Shown here: piece after piece, positions 1 through 7,409 of the stretch
Position numbering within the stretch: position 1 is the stretch's first letter
How the letters are laid out: each line of letters opens with the position of its first letter
Translations under genes and position numbers: made by a program
Source of the DNA: Saccharospirillaceae bacterium
Lineage (GTDB): Bacteria; Pseudomonadota; Gammaproteobacteria; Pseudomonadales; Natronospirillaceae
Reading direction: 5' to 3'
DNA length: 24,000 nt
Assembly (NCBI GenBank): GCA_007116635.1
Contig: SKIB01000023.1
Coordinates: 17,505-41,504, forward strand
The notes under the pieces: model-generated
What the model was told of the DNA's origin: nothing
Database searches by the model: none
The model's input: the letters and a program-made list of their open reading frames with translations, nothing else

Positions 1-851
1 TAAAGATCAATGGGGGGGAGTACTTGGATTAGGTCCATGTTGGACTGGAAGTAAGCATCAATTGTACCTACATCACGCCAGTAGCCTCGGCTGTTCTCAG
101 GCTCACCACGGATGCTATTGGTGGAAAAGTCATACACATAAACATCGCCGCTTGGCCAAAGCTTGGGAATGATGTTGTGGCCAAAATCATGTAGAGAGTC
201 GACTTCCTGAGCATCCTCGATTAGTGAAGCGCGCAACACCTTGGCATCAAAGACATAGTTGCCCATCGAAGCCAGTACCCAACCTGGGCGGCCAGGGATC
301 TCTTTGGCGCCATTTTTGGGCTTTTCTTGGAAGCCAATCATTTTGCCAGTTTCATCTACCTCGATAATGCCAAACTGGTTGGCTTGATCAATGGGTACAG
401 GAATGGCAGCAACTGTCAGTACGGCGCTGTTGTCGCGGTGGAAATTGATCATTTGACGGATGTCCATCTTATAGATATGGTCGCCACCAAATACGCAAAC
501 TATCTCTGGGTCTAGGCCATCGATGACATGCAGGTTTTGATAGATGGCGTCCGCCGTGCCTTGATACCAGTGTCTGCCGGTTTGCATTTGGGCTGGAATT
601 GGGTCGATGAACCTATTGGTCAATCCCGAAACGCTCCAGCGCCTGGACATATGTTTAAGTAGTGAGTGTGATTTGAATTGCGTTAAGACAAAGATCTGTA
701 ACAGATCACTGTTAACAAAATTGTTAAGTACAAAGTCAAGAATACGATAACTGCCACCAAAGGGTACCGCTGGCTTGGCTCGGTAACTGGTTAGTGGAGC
801 AAGACGTGTGCCTTCTCCGCCTGCAAGGATCATGGATAAAACGCCGGACAT
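1..851 (-). CDS. glgC: Glucose-1-phosphate adenylyltransferase, partial (C-terminus beyond the left edge)
   Basis: Absent from the ORF track because there is no in-window stop. Minus-strand translation from ATG at 851 stays open to position 1: MSGVLSMILAGGEGTRLAPLTSYRAKPAVPFGGSYRILDFVLNNFVNSDLLQIFVLTQFKSHSLLKHM...PGWVLASMGNYVF. The nucleotide-binding GGEGTRL-PLT-KPAVPFGG signature and a GAGG Shine-Dalgarno (SD) are present. Confidence 0.96.
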   Translation of the reverse strand, partial: MSGVLSMILAGGEGTRLAPLTSYRAKPAVPFGGSYRILDFVLNNFVNSDLLQIFVLTQFKSHSLLKHMSRRWSVSGLTNRFIDPIPAQMQTGRHWYQGTADAIYQNLHVIDGLDPEIVCVFGGDHIYKMDIRQMINFHRDNSAVLTVAAIPVPIDQANQFGIIEVDETGKMIGFQEKPKNGAKEIPGRPGWVLASMGNYVFDAKVLRASLIEDAQEVDSLHDFGHNIIPKLWPSGDVYVYDFSTNSIRGEPENSRGYWRDVGTIDAYFQSNMDLIQVLPPIDL

Positions 852-898
852 TATTCCCTCGTTATTTCGTAGTTGTGTAGCCTGCTAATGCAGGTCAA

Positions 899-927
899 AT
901 ATTAGGTTTAAGAAAAACTGTGATCAA
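899..927 (-). promoter_or_regulatory. Candidate sigma70-like promoter for glgC
   Basis: Minus strand TTGATC (927-922), 17-nt spacer, TAATAT (904-899), about 50 nt upstream of the glgC ATG. Confidence 0.35.
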
Positions 928-949
928 ACAGTGAGTTTCTGTATTTAGT

Positions 950-1102
950 TTAAACATAATTTTCAAATTGTGATAGGGATATCAAGCTGAAAAACACGTC
1001 ACTAAACTGCACTGGCTCACGGTTTTGTTCGATCCAAAAAAGTCCAAAGATCAGTAGCATTACCACTACCAAAAAAATCAGTAACTTTAGTTGCTGTTTC
1101 AC
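950..1102 (-). CDS. Small single-transmembrane peptide (50 aa), hypothetical
   Basis: Below the ORF track size cut-off. GTG start at 1102 preceded by AAGGGGG. Translation MKQQLKLLIFLVVVMLLIFGLFWIEQNREPVQFSDVFFSLISLSQFENYV*. Strongly hydrophobic N-terminal half. Confidence 0.45.
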   Translation of the reverse strand: MKQQLKLLIFLVVVMLLIFGLFWIEQNREPVQFSDVFFSLISLSQFENYV

Positions 1103-1175
1103 CTGTGCCCCCTTGATAGTGTTTTCATTCTACTGAGTCTGTTACCATAGCAACTAGTGAGCTATGGAGTCACCT

Positions 1176-1619
1176 ATGTTTCGTGAAATCTTGCATAAAA
1201 AAATTTTTGCATCCATGTTGTTGCTTTCTGCTGCTATCTCATCGGCGCAGCCTTTAGCTTTGCCTGCTGGCAATGAGTTACGACTGCTAAGTTTAAACAC
1301 TGTTACAGTCAACCAAGGTGAGCAAATTGAAGCCATTCTCAAGCCCTTGTCTGATACTCTTGAGTTGCCTGATTATTGTATTTTAAGTGCACGCTTATCA
1401 CTGACAGCAGCGGGTGGTATTTTGACCACTGACAATGTGCTTTGTGTTGATGATGAAAAAAGAGTACTGCGTGCTCAATGGCAGCAGTTGATTTCAGCAC
1501 AGGACAGTACTTCTGTAATTGAGCTAGATTGTGTGACTCAGAGTTGCCAGCAGGCCCAGCTTGTACCTGGTAGAGAATTCTATTTGGTTTTAGAACAAGA
1601 TTTGATTCTTCATCCTTGA
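1176..1619 (+). CDS. Hypothetical secreted/periplasmic protein (147 aa)
   Basis: ORF track 1164..1619. ATG at 1176 has GGAG six nt upstream. N-terminus MFREILHKKIFASMLLLSAAISSAQP resembles a Sec signal peptide. Four cysteines in the mature part. Confidence 0.7.
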   Translation: MFREILHKKIFASMLLLSAAISSAQPLALPAGNELRLLSLNTVTVNQGEQIEAILKPLSDTLELPDYCILSARLSLTAAGGILTTDNVLCVDDEKRVLRAQWQQLISAQDSTSVIELDCVTQSCQQAQLVPGREFYLVLEQDLILHP

Positions 1620-1624
1620 TATAA

Positions 1625-1650
1625 AAAACGCCCGAACTAGGGCGTTTTAT
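1625..1650. terminator. Bidirectional rho-independent terminator between convergent genes
   Basis: AAAACGCCC-GAACTA-GGGCGTTTT, 9-bp stem with 6-nt loop and A/T flanks. Confidence 0.8.
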
Positions 1651-1663
1651 GATTTGGTGCTTT

Positions 1664-2302
1664 TTATAGCTTACTGATAAAACTATAAATAGGACCCATA
1701 GGACCTGAAAACTTCAAATTGTTCTCAACATAGGTTAGACAAATACAGTCTTCGTTTGCTGCAGCTACGGGTGCGTGATGGTCATGATCCTCTCTGACCA
1801 CCAGATCGCCACAATGATAGTTGCCGTAACTGTCAGAAAAGCCCCCTTGTAGCACCAGTGTCCATTCTTCGCCATGATGATGATGCACAGGAATCTTTGC
1901 TCCGGCGCGAATGCGTAACAGGGAAAGATTGCTCATATCAGGGTCAGCATTATTAAGTTTGGCGTTTTTAACTGGACCAACGCCTGACCATGATTGGTGT
2001 TCAAAGCCTTGGGGGAAGAGTCGTTGCATTAGGCTTTGCTTGCGTTTTACTGGGCTGGCAACAGGGGTGCTCTGGATCATTGATAGAGTATTTTGCCAAG
2101 CACTGCTCAGGTCAGAATCCTGCTCTTCTGGCTTGATATCATGCAATAATTGACCCCCTAGTGCCTCAAGCTGGTGAACTTTTTGCCGGCAGTGTGTGCA
2201 GTGTTCCAAATGCAAGGCAATCATGGTCGCTTTAGCAATAGGTAATGAACCGGCTGCATACTCGATGAGCAGGTGTTGATCAGGATGAAAAATTGCTGTC
2301 AT
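1664..2302 (-). CDS. ChrR-type zinc-binding cupin anti-sigma factor
   Basis: N-terminal zinc anti-sigma motif (HPDQHLLIEYAAGSLP...HLEHCTHC), then a cupin domain (GAKIPVHHHHGEEWTLVLQGGFSDSYGNYHCGDLV). ATG at 2302 overlaps the sigma factor TGA (ATGA). Confidence 0.9.
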   Translation of the reverse strand: MTAIFHPDQHLLIEYAAGSLPIAKATMIALHLEHCTHCRQKVHQLEALGGQLLHDIKPEEQDSDLSSAWQNTLSMIQSTPVASPVKRKQSLMQRLFPQGFEHQSWSGVGPVKNAKLNNADPDMSNLSLLRIRAGAKIPVHHHHGEEWTLVLQGGFSDSYGNYHCGDLVVREDHDHHAPVAAANEDCICLTYVENNLKFSGPMGPIYSFISKL

Positions 2303-2913
2303 TGCCAAGGCTCCATCATAATTTTTAACTTTCCAAGGGCTAAACGGACCCGGCTCTTAACTGTACCCAGAGGTATGCCAAGCTCGCTGGCGACATCTTG
2401 ATGCGATTTTTCTTCCATGTAAACTTTACCCAGAACTTCTCGTTGCTCTTCGGGTAGAGACATAAGATGGCCGCGTATTAGTTTTTCAGTATGCTTACGC
2501 TGAACATCGACCACTGGCCCATCCACTTCTGGTTCTTCCCATACGTCTTCACTTGATACTTCAAAGCGTTGGCGACTGGTTCTTCTCAGCATGTCAATGC
2601 GTTGGTTGCGAGCAATGGTGAATATCCAGGTGCTGGCTTTTGCTTTAGTGCGATCGTACTGATGCGCCTTGCGCCAAACGGAAGTCATAACCTCTTGTAC
2701 AAGCTCGTCTGGGAAATTTTCACCGAGCTTGGAAATACCATTAACGCGTGCAAAACCTTTGATTTGAGGTGCAAAATGGTTAAATATGGCTTCGAAAGCC
2801 TTAATGTCTTGCTTGATGGCTACTTTTTCTAAAAGAGCTGCAAACTGGTCTTCCTTGTGTTCCATGGGTATTACCTTGGCCATTGGGGAAGACGACTTTA
2901 ACAAGCTGTTCAT
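2299..2913 (-). CDS. ECF/RpoE-family RNA polymerase sigma factor
   Basis: Region 2 (FNHFAPQIKGFARVNG...VMTSVWRKAHQYDRTKAKASTWIFTIARNQRIDMLRR) and region 4 (LPEEQREVLGKVYMEEKSHQDVASELGIPLGTVKSRVRLALGKLK). AGGAGG lies 7 nt before the ATG at 2913 and 1 nt before the ATG at 2919, so 2913 is the likelier start. Confidence 0.93.
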   Translation of the reverse strand: MNSLLKSSSPMAKVIPMEHKEDQFAALLEKVAIKQDIKAFEAIFNHFAPQIKGFARVNGISKLGENFPDELVQEVMTSVWRKAHQYDRTKAKASTWIFTIARNQRIDMLRRTSRQRFEVSSEDVWEEPEVDGPVVDVQRKHTEKLIRGHLMSLPEEQREVLGKVYMEEKSHQDVASELGIPLGTVKSRVRLALGKLKIMMEPWQ

Positions 2914-2967
2914 GGACATGCCTCCTATATTTGCTGGTTAATACGAGGTTGCAAGGCAAATGGATGA

Positions 2968-3471
2968 TCAGTTTAGGATAATCGCCTTCAGTAATTTAAA
3001 TAATTTCTTACTAGCTTGTGAATTAAGCTCTGGTTGCCCCTCTTTGATGGGGGTATTTTTAAGCGCTTGTCGTAGGCTTTGTAGGTCAGTACATTGATAA
3101 TGATTGACGAACTCGGTCAATGAGCTTGGCTCTGTTAATAGCTTGGCTCGCCAGTGTTCAACCTCGGCAAATTGTCGTTGATGATCAAGGCTGCTGGAGG
3201 ACTGAGCCTCTAACAGAGCTCGTATTTGCTCAATATCTTCTGCTCGAATCAGTTTGCCTAGATACTGCATATGTCGGCGCTTGGCTTCGCGTGCAGTGAT
3301 CTTTTGGCAATCATCTAAGGCTTTGTGTAGGTTTGCTCCTAGGTTCAGCTCTTGCCAGAGATTGGGTTTTGCTGCTGCTAACTGTTCTGCAAGCCGCTGC
3401 AATTCATGCATTTCTCTTTTGCGGCTGCTTTTGGATTCAAGGTTGTCTTCCTCTGTTGACCACTCATTCAT
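2968..3471 (-). CDS. yjgA: YjgA/DarP family ribosome-associated protein (DUF615)
   Basis: Family-like sequence (KSSRKREMHELQRLAEQLAAAKPNLW...ITAREAKRRHMQYLGKLIR). The track start at 3489 is a TTG; ATG at 3471 is preceded by GAAGAAG. Confidence 0.85.
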   Translation of the reverse strand: MNEWSTEEDNLESKSSRKREMHELQRLAEQLAAAKPNLWQELNLGANLHKALDDCQKITAREAKRRHMQYLGKLIRAEDIEQIRALLEAQSSSSLDHQRQFAEVEHWRAKLLTEPSSLTEFVNHYQCTDLQSLRQALKNTPIKEGQPELNSQASKKLFKLLKAIILN

Positions 3472-3472
3472 A

Positions 3473-3754
3473 CTAGTTTTCTTCTTCAAAACGGTTGTTA
3501 ATTAATTCCGTTAGGGCATCCAAAACTTCTGTTGCTTGTCTACCTTTGGCAACTAATTCGATTTCATTGCCAACGCCTGCGCCAAGCATCATAACAGCCA
3601 TTAGACTATGGGCCTTTACTTCTTTGCCCTTAAAGCGTAGTAGTACCTCTGCTTCAAAGCAGTTGCAGGTGGCTACTAGCTTGGTGGCAGCTCTTGCATG
3701 CAGTCCACGCATATTTAATAGAGTAACGACTCTAGTATGACTCGTGGCTGTCAT
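3473..3754 (-). CDS. npr: Nitrogen-PTS phosphocarrier HPr (NPr)
   Basis: HPr His site (NMRGLHARAATKLV) and second motif (FKGKEVKAHSLMAVMMLGAGVGNEIEL). Start moved inward from the track call (3862) to ATG at 3754. Confidence 0.92.
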   Translation of the reverse strand: MTATSHTRVVTLLNMRGLHARAATKLVATCNCFEAEVLLRFKGKEVKAHSLMAVMMLGAGVGNEIELVAKGRQATEVLDALTELINNRFEEEN

Positions 3755-4121
3755 GGTGCAAATCTCGATGCTGACATTGACAGTTCTGATCCAGTTCTTG
3801 AAAGCGTAAATAAAGTTGATTGCAAAGGTAAACAGAACGGTGCCTGCCTCCGGTGCATCCAATGGCTATTATAAGCTCTGATTTGCCCTTAGTCTGAAAT
3901 AAATGCAAATTATGCTTGGTCAAACCGAAAAACAATTCAAGTTGTTGTTGGCAGTGTGGGTCTTGAGCAAAAAACTCGGTGATAGGTTGCTCAAGGCCAC
4001 TGAAGCCCCTGAGGCTCTTAACCCAGTAGGGATTATTAAGTCCTCTGGCATCCAATACGAAATGAGCATCTGGAGCTGGAGCAAACTTCCGGCCGAAACT
4101 GATAAGTTTTAATTCAATCAT
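3732..4121 (-). CDS. rapZ: RapZ C-terminal domain only (129 aa); no N-terminal P-loop domain
   Basis: SFGRKFAPAPDAHFVLDARGLNNPYWVKSLRGFSGLEQPI...IAIGCTGGRHRSVYLCNQLYLRF matches the RapZ C-terminal half (ESFGFK..DAD.VFDVR.LPNP.W...GCTGG.HRSV). ATG at 4121 overlaps the ptsN TGA (TGATG). No Walker A segment and no space for one. Confidence 0.88.
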   Translation of the reverse strand: MIELKLISFGRKFAPAPDAHFVLDARGLNNPYWVKSLRGFSGLEQPITEFFAQDPHCQQQLELFFGLTKHNLHLFQTKGKSELIIAIGCTGGRHRSVYLCNQLYLRFQELDQNCQCQHRDLHHDSHESY

Positions 4122-4585
4122 CACTGACTTTGAAAATAATTAAACAGTTCGTCGGCGTCTTTAGTATTGCGTAACTCTTGTGCAAGATTCTGCTGCTCAA
4201 GCTGTTCAGCAAGGTCAGCTAGAATGGCTAAGTGGGTAGCGTTGGAGTCTTGAGGAACAAGTAAAACAAAAACCAGATCAACTGGCTGTTGATCCATGGC
4301 ATCAAAGTCTACGGCTTGACTAAAGCGTATTAGGGCCGCCTTGGGCTCGGTTACTTCTTTAAGTCGACAGTGAGGGATGGCAATGCCGTCACCAAAGCCA
4401 GTGGTGCCAAGTCTCTCTCTACTTTGTAGTGCATCAAAAATGGCAGTGGCCGTCATGCTGGGTATGCTGGAATCCAGTAGTTGACTGATTTGTTCCAGCG
4501 CTTTTTTCTTACTTAAACTAGAAGGAGCACACACAAAGGTGCACTCCTTAGTTAGATAGTTGGCAAATCTTGGCATAGATGACAT
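4121..4585 (-). CDS. ptsN: PTS IIA-like nitrogen regulatory protein PtsN
   Basis: LSKKKALEQISQLL, ALQSRERLGTTGFGDGIAIPHCR (IIA-Ntr active-site His region). Operon context rpoN-hpf-ptsN. Confidence 0.95.
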   Translation of the reverse strand: MSSMPRFANYLTKECTFVCAPSSLSKKKALEQISQLLDSSIPSMTATAIFDALQSRERLGTTGFGDGIAIPHCRLKEVTEPKAALIRFSQAVDFDAMDQQPVDLVFVLLVPQDSNATHLAILADLAEQLEQQNLAQELRNTKDADELFNYFQSQ

Positions 4586-4884
4586 TAGCTGCCGTGTTGG
4601 CGAGCAATACCCTTTTCTTTATGTTTGAGTAATTGTCGGTCTATTTTGTCGCTAAGTAAATCAAGAGCAGCATATAAATCGTCATGCTCGCTGTCAGCGT
4701 GGATTTGCGTGCCTGGAATATTGAGGATCATCTCGGCGTATTGGCGGTTTTTGTTGACCGTAAGGGTGACTTGGACATTGGTGATCTGATCATAATGACG
4801 CTGAATTCTCTCCAGCTTGCTGTGTATATAGGCTTTAAGGGCATCTGTGACTTCTAGGTGTTGACCACTGATGTTTATTTGCAT
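4585..4884 (-). CDS. hpf: Ribosome hibernation-promoting factor (short HPF/YhbH)
   Basis: MQINISGQHLEVTDALKAYIHSKLERIQRHYDQITNVQVTL...DLYAALDLLSDKIDRQLLKHKEK. GGAG SD before ATG at 4884. Confidence 0.95.
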   Translation of the reverse strand: MQINISGQHLEVTDALKAYIHSKLERIQRHYDQITNVQVTLTVNKNRQYAEMILNIPGTQIHADSEHDDLYAALDLLSDKIDRQLLKHKEKGIARQHGS

Positions 4885-4894
4885 AGCAGGCTCC

Positions 4895-5101
4895 TTAGTT
4901 GGGTTGAGAAAATAGCTTCTCAATCATGAGTTTAGCCAAATCACTACAAATGACCAGTGCCAAACGGTAATCTGATGCACAACAAGCTGCTTTATCGACC
5001 CAAGTCAGCATTAGCAGCGAGCTAAATTGCTTGGCGATCTGTTCATGCATCCAATGAGCCACTCCTTGACCTTTCACTTGACCTTTCACTTGACCTTTCA
5101 T
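4895..5101 (-). CDS. Possible small ORF (68 aa) between rpoN and hpf; uncertain
   Basis: Track ORF MKGQVKGQVKGQGVAHWMHEQIAKQF... fits neatly between the rpoN stop (5118) and hpf start (4884), but there is no clear SD and no recognised family. Confidence 0.3.
   Translation of the reverse strand: MKGQVKGQVKGQGVAHWMHEQIAKQFSSLLMLTWVDKAACCASDYRLALVICSDLAKLMIEKLFSQPN
5066..5101. repeat. 12-bp tandem repeat, about three copies
   Basis: TTGACCTTTCAC (5066-5077), TTGACCTTTCAC (5078-5089), TTGACCTTTCAT (5090-5101). Confidence 0.9.
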
Positions 5102-5117
5102 CTGTGCTTGAACGCTA

Positions 5118-6632
5118 TCAGGTTAGGCTCTTGCGTTCATTGGAAGGAGCAATGTTCATCGACTCTCGGTATTTTGCCACTGTGCGCCTAGCAACAACGA
5201 TGCCCTTGCTTTCTAAGAGTTTGGTAAGCTTGGCGTCACTTAGGGGTTTTCGGCTGTTTTCTTCGCTGATTAACTTTTTGATCATTGCCCGAATGGCTGT
5301 ACTGGAGGCCTCACCTCCGCCAGTAGTGCTTACGTGGCTGGAAAAAAAGTACTTAAGTTCAAATAGTCCTCTGGGGGTGTGCATGAACTTTTGGTTGGTG
5401 ACGCGAGAAATTGTCGACTCATGCATGTCAATGTCGCTAGCAATGTCGGCCAGTACCATGGGCTTCATGAACTCAATGCCTTGTTTAAAAAAATCAATCT
5501 GGCGCTCAACAATTTTGCTGGCAACCTTTAATAGGGTTTCATTGCGGCTTTCAATGCTTTTAATTAACCAGCGAGCCTCCTGTAATTGATCTTTAAAATA
5601 TTGTCCATCCGATTGTCCTTTGGCCAAGGATGCATAGCTGGTGTTGATACGAATTTTGGGTGCTACTTCTGGATTCAGTTCAACTCGCCAATGATTGGTT
5701 TTCTTGTCCTTATACACCACCACATCTGGTAGGATATATTCTTCTTTGTCGGCACTGAAATCTGCGCCCGGCTTGGGTTTGAGGCTTTGAATCAGTTCAA
5801 TGGCTTCTTTTAGTTGTTGTTCACGAATGCCAAGTTGACGTAGTAGATTAGGGTAGTCTTTGCTGCCCAGTGCAGCTAGGTGTTGATCCACAAGCAAGCA
5901 GGCAAGCTGCTGGCAGTCACTTGCCGCCACTAGTTCGAGTTGTAAAAGTAGGCACTCTCGCAAGTCTCTGGCAGCTACGCCTGGCGGGTCAAATTGCTGA
6001 ATGAGTTTTAACACAGCCTCTAACTCATCAAGATCATAAGGCTCTTCGTCTGCGGTTTGTCTGTGGTTAAGATCGGTTAGGATGTCTTCAAGACTTTCGC
6101 GTAAGTATCCACTGTCGTCGATACCATCCATAATGCTGTGCGCAATTAATAGGTCTCGTTCACTCATTGGGGTCAGGTTGAGCTGCCACAAAAGTCGCTC
6201 TTGTAGGCCATCGCCAGTGCTGCCTTGGTCCTGTTGCCAATCTTCGTCACTGCTAATGCCGTGACTGGTAGGGCTGTGGGTGTAGATATCGTCCCAGTTG
6301 CTATCCACTACTAGTTCGTCTGGTATTTGTTCGCTGATGCTTAGGTCGTTGCCCTGTTCGTATTCCTCATTTGCCTGGCCGCTGCTGGCTTCACTGGTAT
6401 TCTGTGCAGATTCAGCGGCCTGCTGTTCGTTGCTAAGTGAAGAAGAAAGTTCGGTGATACTTTCCTGTTGATTGAACTCGTCCTCCTGCTCCAGAAGAGG
6501 GTTAGCATCCAGAGCCTGTTGTATTTCCTGTTGAAGTTCCAGGGTGGAGAGTTGCAACAAACGTATTGCCTGCTGCAACTGTGGCGTCATGGTTAACTGT
6601 TGCCCTAACTTGAGCTGTAAAGAAGCCTTCAT
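5118..6632 (-). CDS. rpoN: RNA polymerase sigma-54 factor
   Basis: N-terminus MKASLQLKLGQQLTMTPQLQQAIRLLQLSTLELQQEIQQ; RpoN box ARRTVAKYRESMNIAPSNERK. Confidence 0.98.
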   Translation of the reverse strand: MKASLQLKLGQQLTMTPQLQQAIRLLQLSTLELQQEIQQALDANPLLEQEDEFNQQESITELSSSLSNEQQAAESAQNTSEASSGQANEEYEQGNDLSISEQIPDELVVDSNWDDIYTHSPTSHGISSDEDWQQDQGSTGDGLQERLLWQLNLTPMSERDLLIAHSIMDGIDDSGYLRESLEDILTDLNHRQTADEEPYDLDELEAVLKLIQQFDPPGVAARDLRECLLLQLELVAASDCQQLACLLVDQHLAALGSKDYPNLLRQLGIREQQLKEAIELIQSLKPKPGADFSADKEEYILPDVVVYKDKKTNHWRVELNPEVAPKIRINTSYASLAKGQSDGQYFKDQLQEARWLIKSIESRNETLLKVASKIVERQIDFFKQGIEFMKPMVLADIASDIDMHESTISRVTNQKFMHTPRGLFELKYFFSSHVSTTGGGEASSTAIRAMIKKLISEENSRKPLSDAKLTKLLESKGIVVARRTVAKYRESMNIAPSNERKSLT

Positions 6633-6686
6633 ACTGATCCTAACATCTAGCCAGGGCAGGCATGGTGCCTGCCACTAATAGGGAAG

Positions 6687-7409
6687 TTATAGCTTGAATT
6701 CGTAGCCAAGGTAAGTTTTTTTTACCAATTCGTTATTCAGAACTGTCGCGGAGTCGCCTTCGGCGATGATACGACCTTCGCCGACAATGTACGCTTGCTG
6801 GCAAATGTCTAGAGTCTCTCGCACATTGTGGTCAGTGATTAAAACGCCTATACCACGCTCGGTAAGTTGGCGTACGATCTGCTTTATGTCACTGACTGAA
6901 ATGGGGTCAACTCCGGCAAAGGGCTCGTCCAGTAGAATAAACGCTGGGTCAGCAGCCAGGGCTCGAGCGATCTCAACACGACGGCGTTCGCCGCCCGAGA
7001 GCGACATGCCCAGAGACTGGCGTATGTGACCAATATTAAAATCATTCAATAGTGTCTCCAAGCGTTGACGTTGCTCGGCTCGACTGATGGGCTGCAGTTG
7101 CAACACCGCCATGATGTTGTCGGCCACACTGAGTTTGCGAAATACTGACGCTTCTTGCGGCAAATAGCCCATGCCTAGCTGAGCGCGCTTATGCATGGGG
7201 GCGCTAGAAATGTCTTTGTCATGCAGGATGATGCGGCCTGAATCAGCAGCCACCAGACCTACGATTATGTAAAAGCTTGTGGTCTTGCCAGCACCATTAG
7301 GGCCTAGTAGACCGACAATTTGGCCTTGTTCGACCTTAAGAGATAAGTCTTTAATAATCTGCCTTTTGCCATAGGCCTTGGCCAGGTTTTGTGCAACTAA
7401 AAAGCTCAT
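6687..7409 (-). CDS. lptB: LPS export ABC transporter ATP-binding protein LptB
   Basis: Walker [10 protein letters not shown], signature [15 protein letters not shown], Walker [15 protein letters not shown]; LptB-typical length and context. Confidence 0.97.
   Translation of the reverse strand: MSFLVAQNLAKAYGKRQIIKDLSLKVEQGQIVGLLGPNGAGKTTSFYIIVGLVAADSGRIILHDKDISSAPMHKRAQLGMGYLPQEASVFRKLSVADNIMAVLQLQPISRAEQRQRLETLLNDFNIGHIRQSLGMSLSGGERRRVEIARALAADPAFILLDEPFAGVDPISVSDIKQIVRQLTERGIGVLITDHNVRETLDICQQAYIVGEGRIIAEGDSATVLNNELVKKTYLGYEFKL

Noticed and set aside
3755-3862. N-terminal 36-aa extension of npr
   Set aside because: HPr proteins begin right before the RGLHAR region; the extension lies within the rapZ-C gene in another frame.
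3732-4121. Short RapZ as a frameshift or sequencing-error pseudogene
   Set aside because: ptsN ends normally and its TGA overlaps the RapZ-C start codon, so there is no residual N-terminal coding sequence; the domain itself is intact.
5066-5101. Possible CRISPR-like array
   Set aside because: Repeats are 12 bp and directly abutting with no spacers; a simple tandem repeat.
5104-5589. 161-aa plus-strand ORF in the track
   Set aside because: Antisense to the conserved DNA-binding end of rpoN; shadow ORF.
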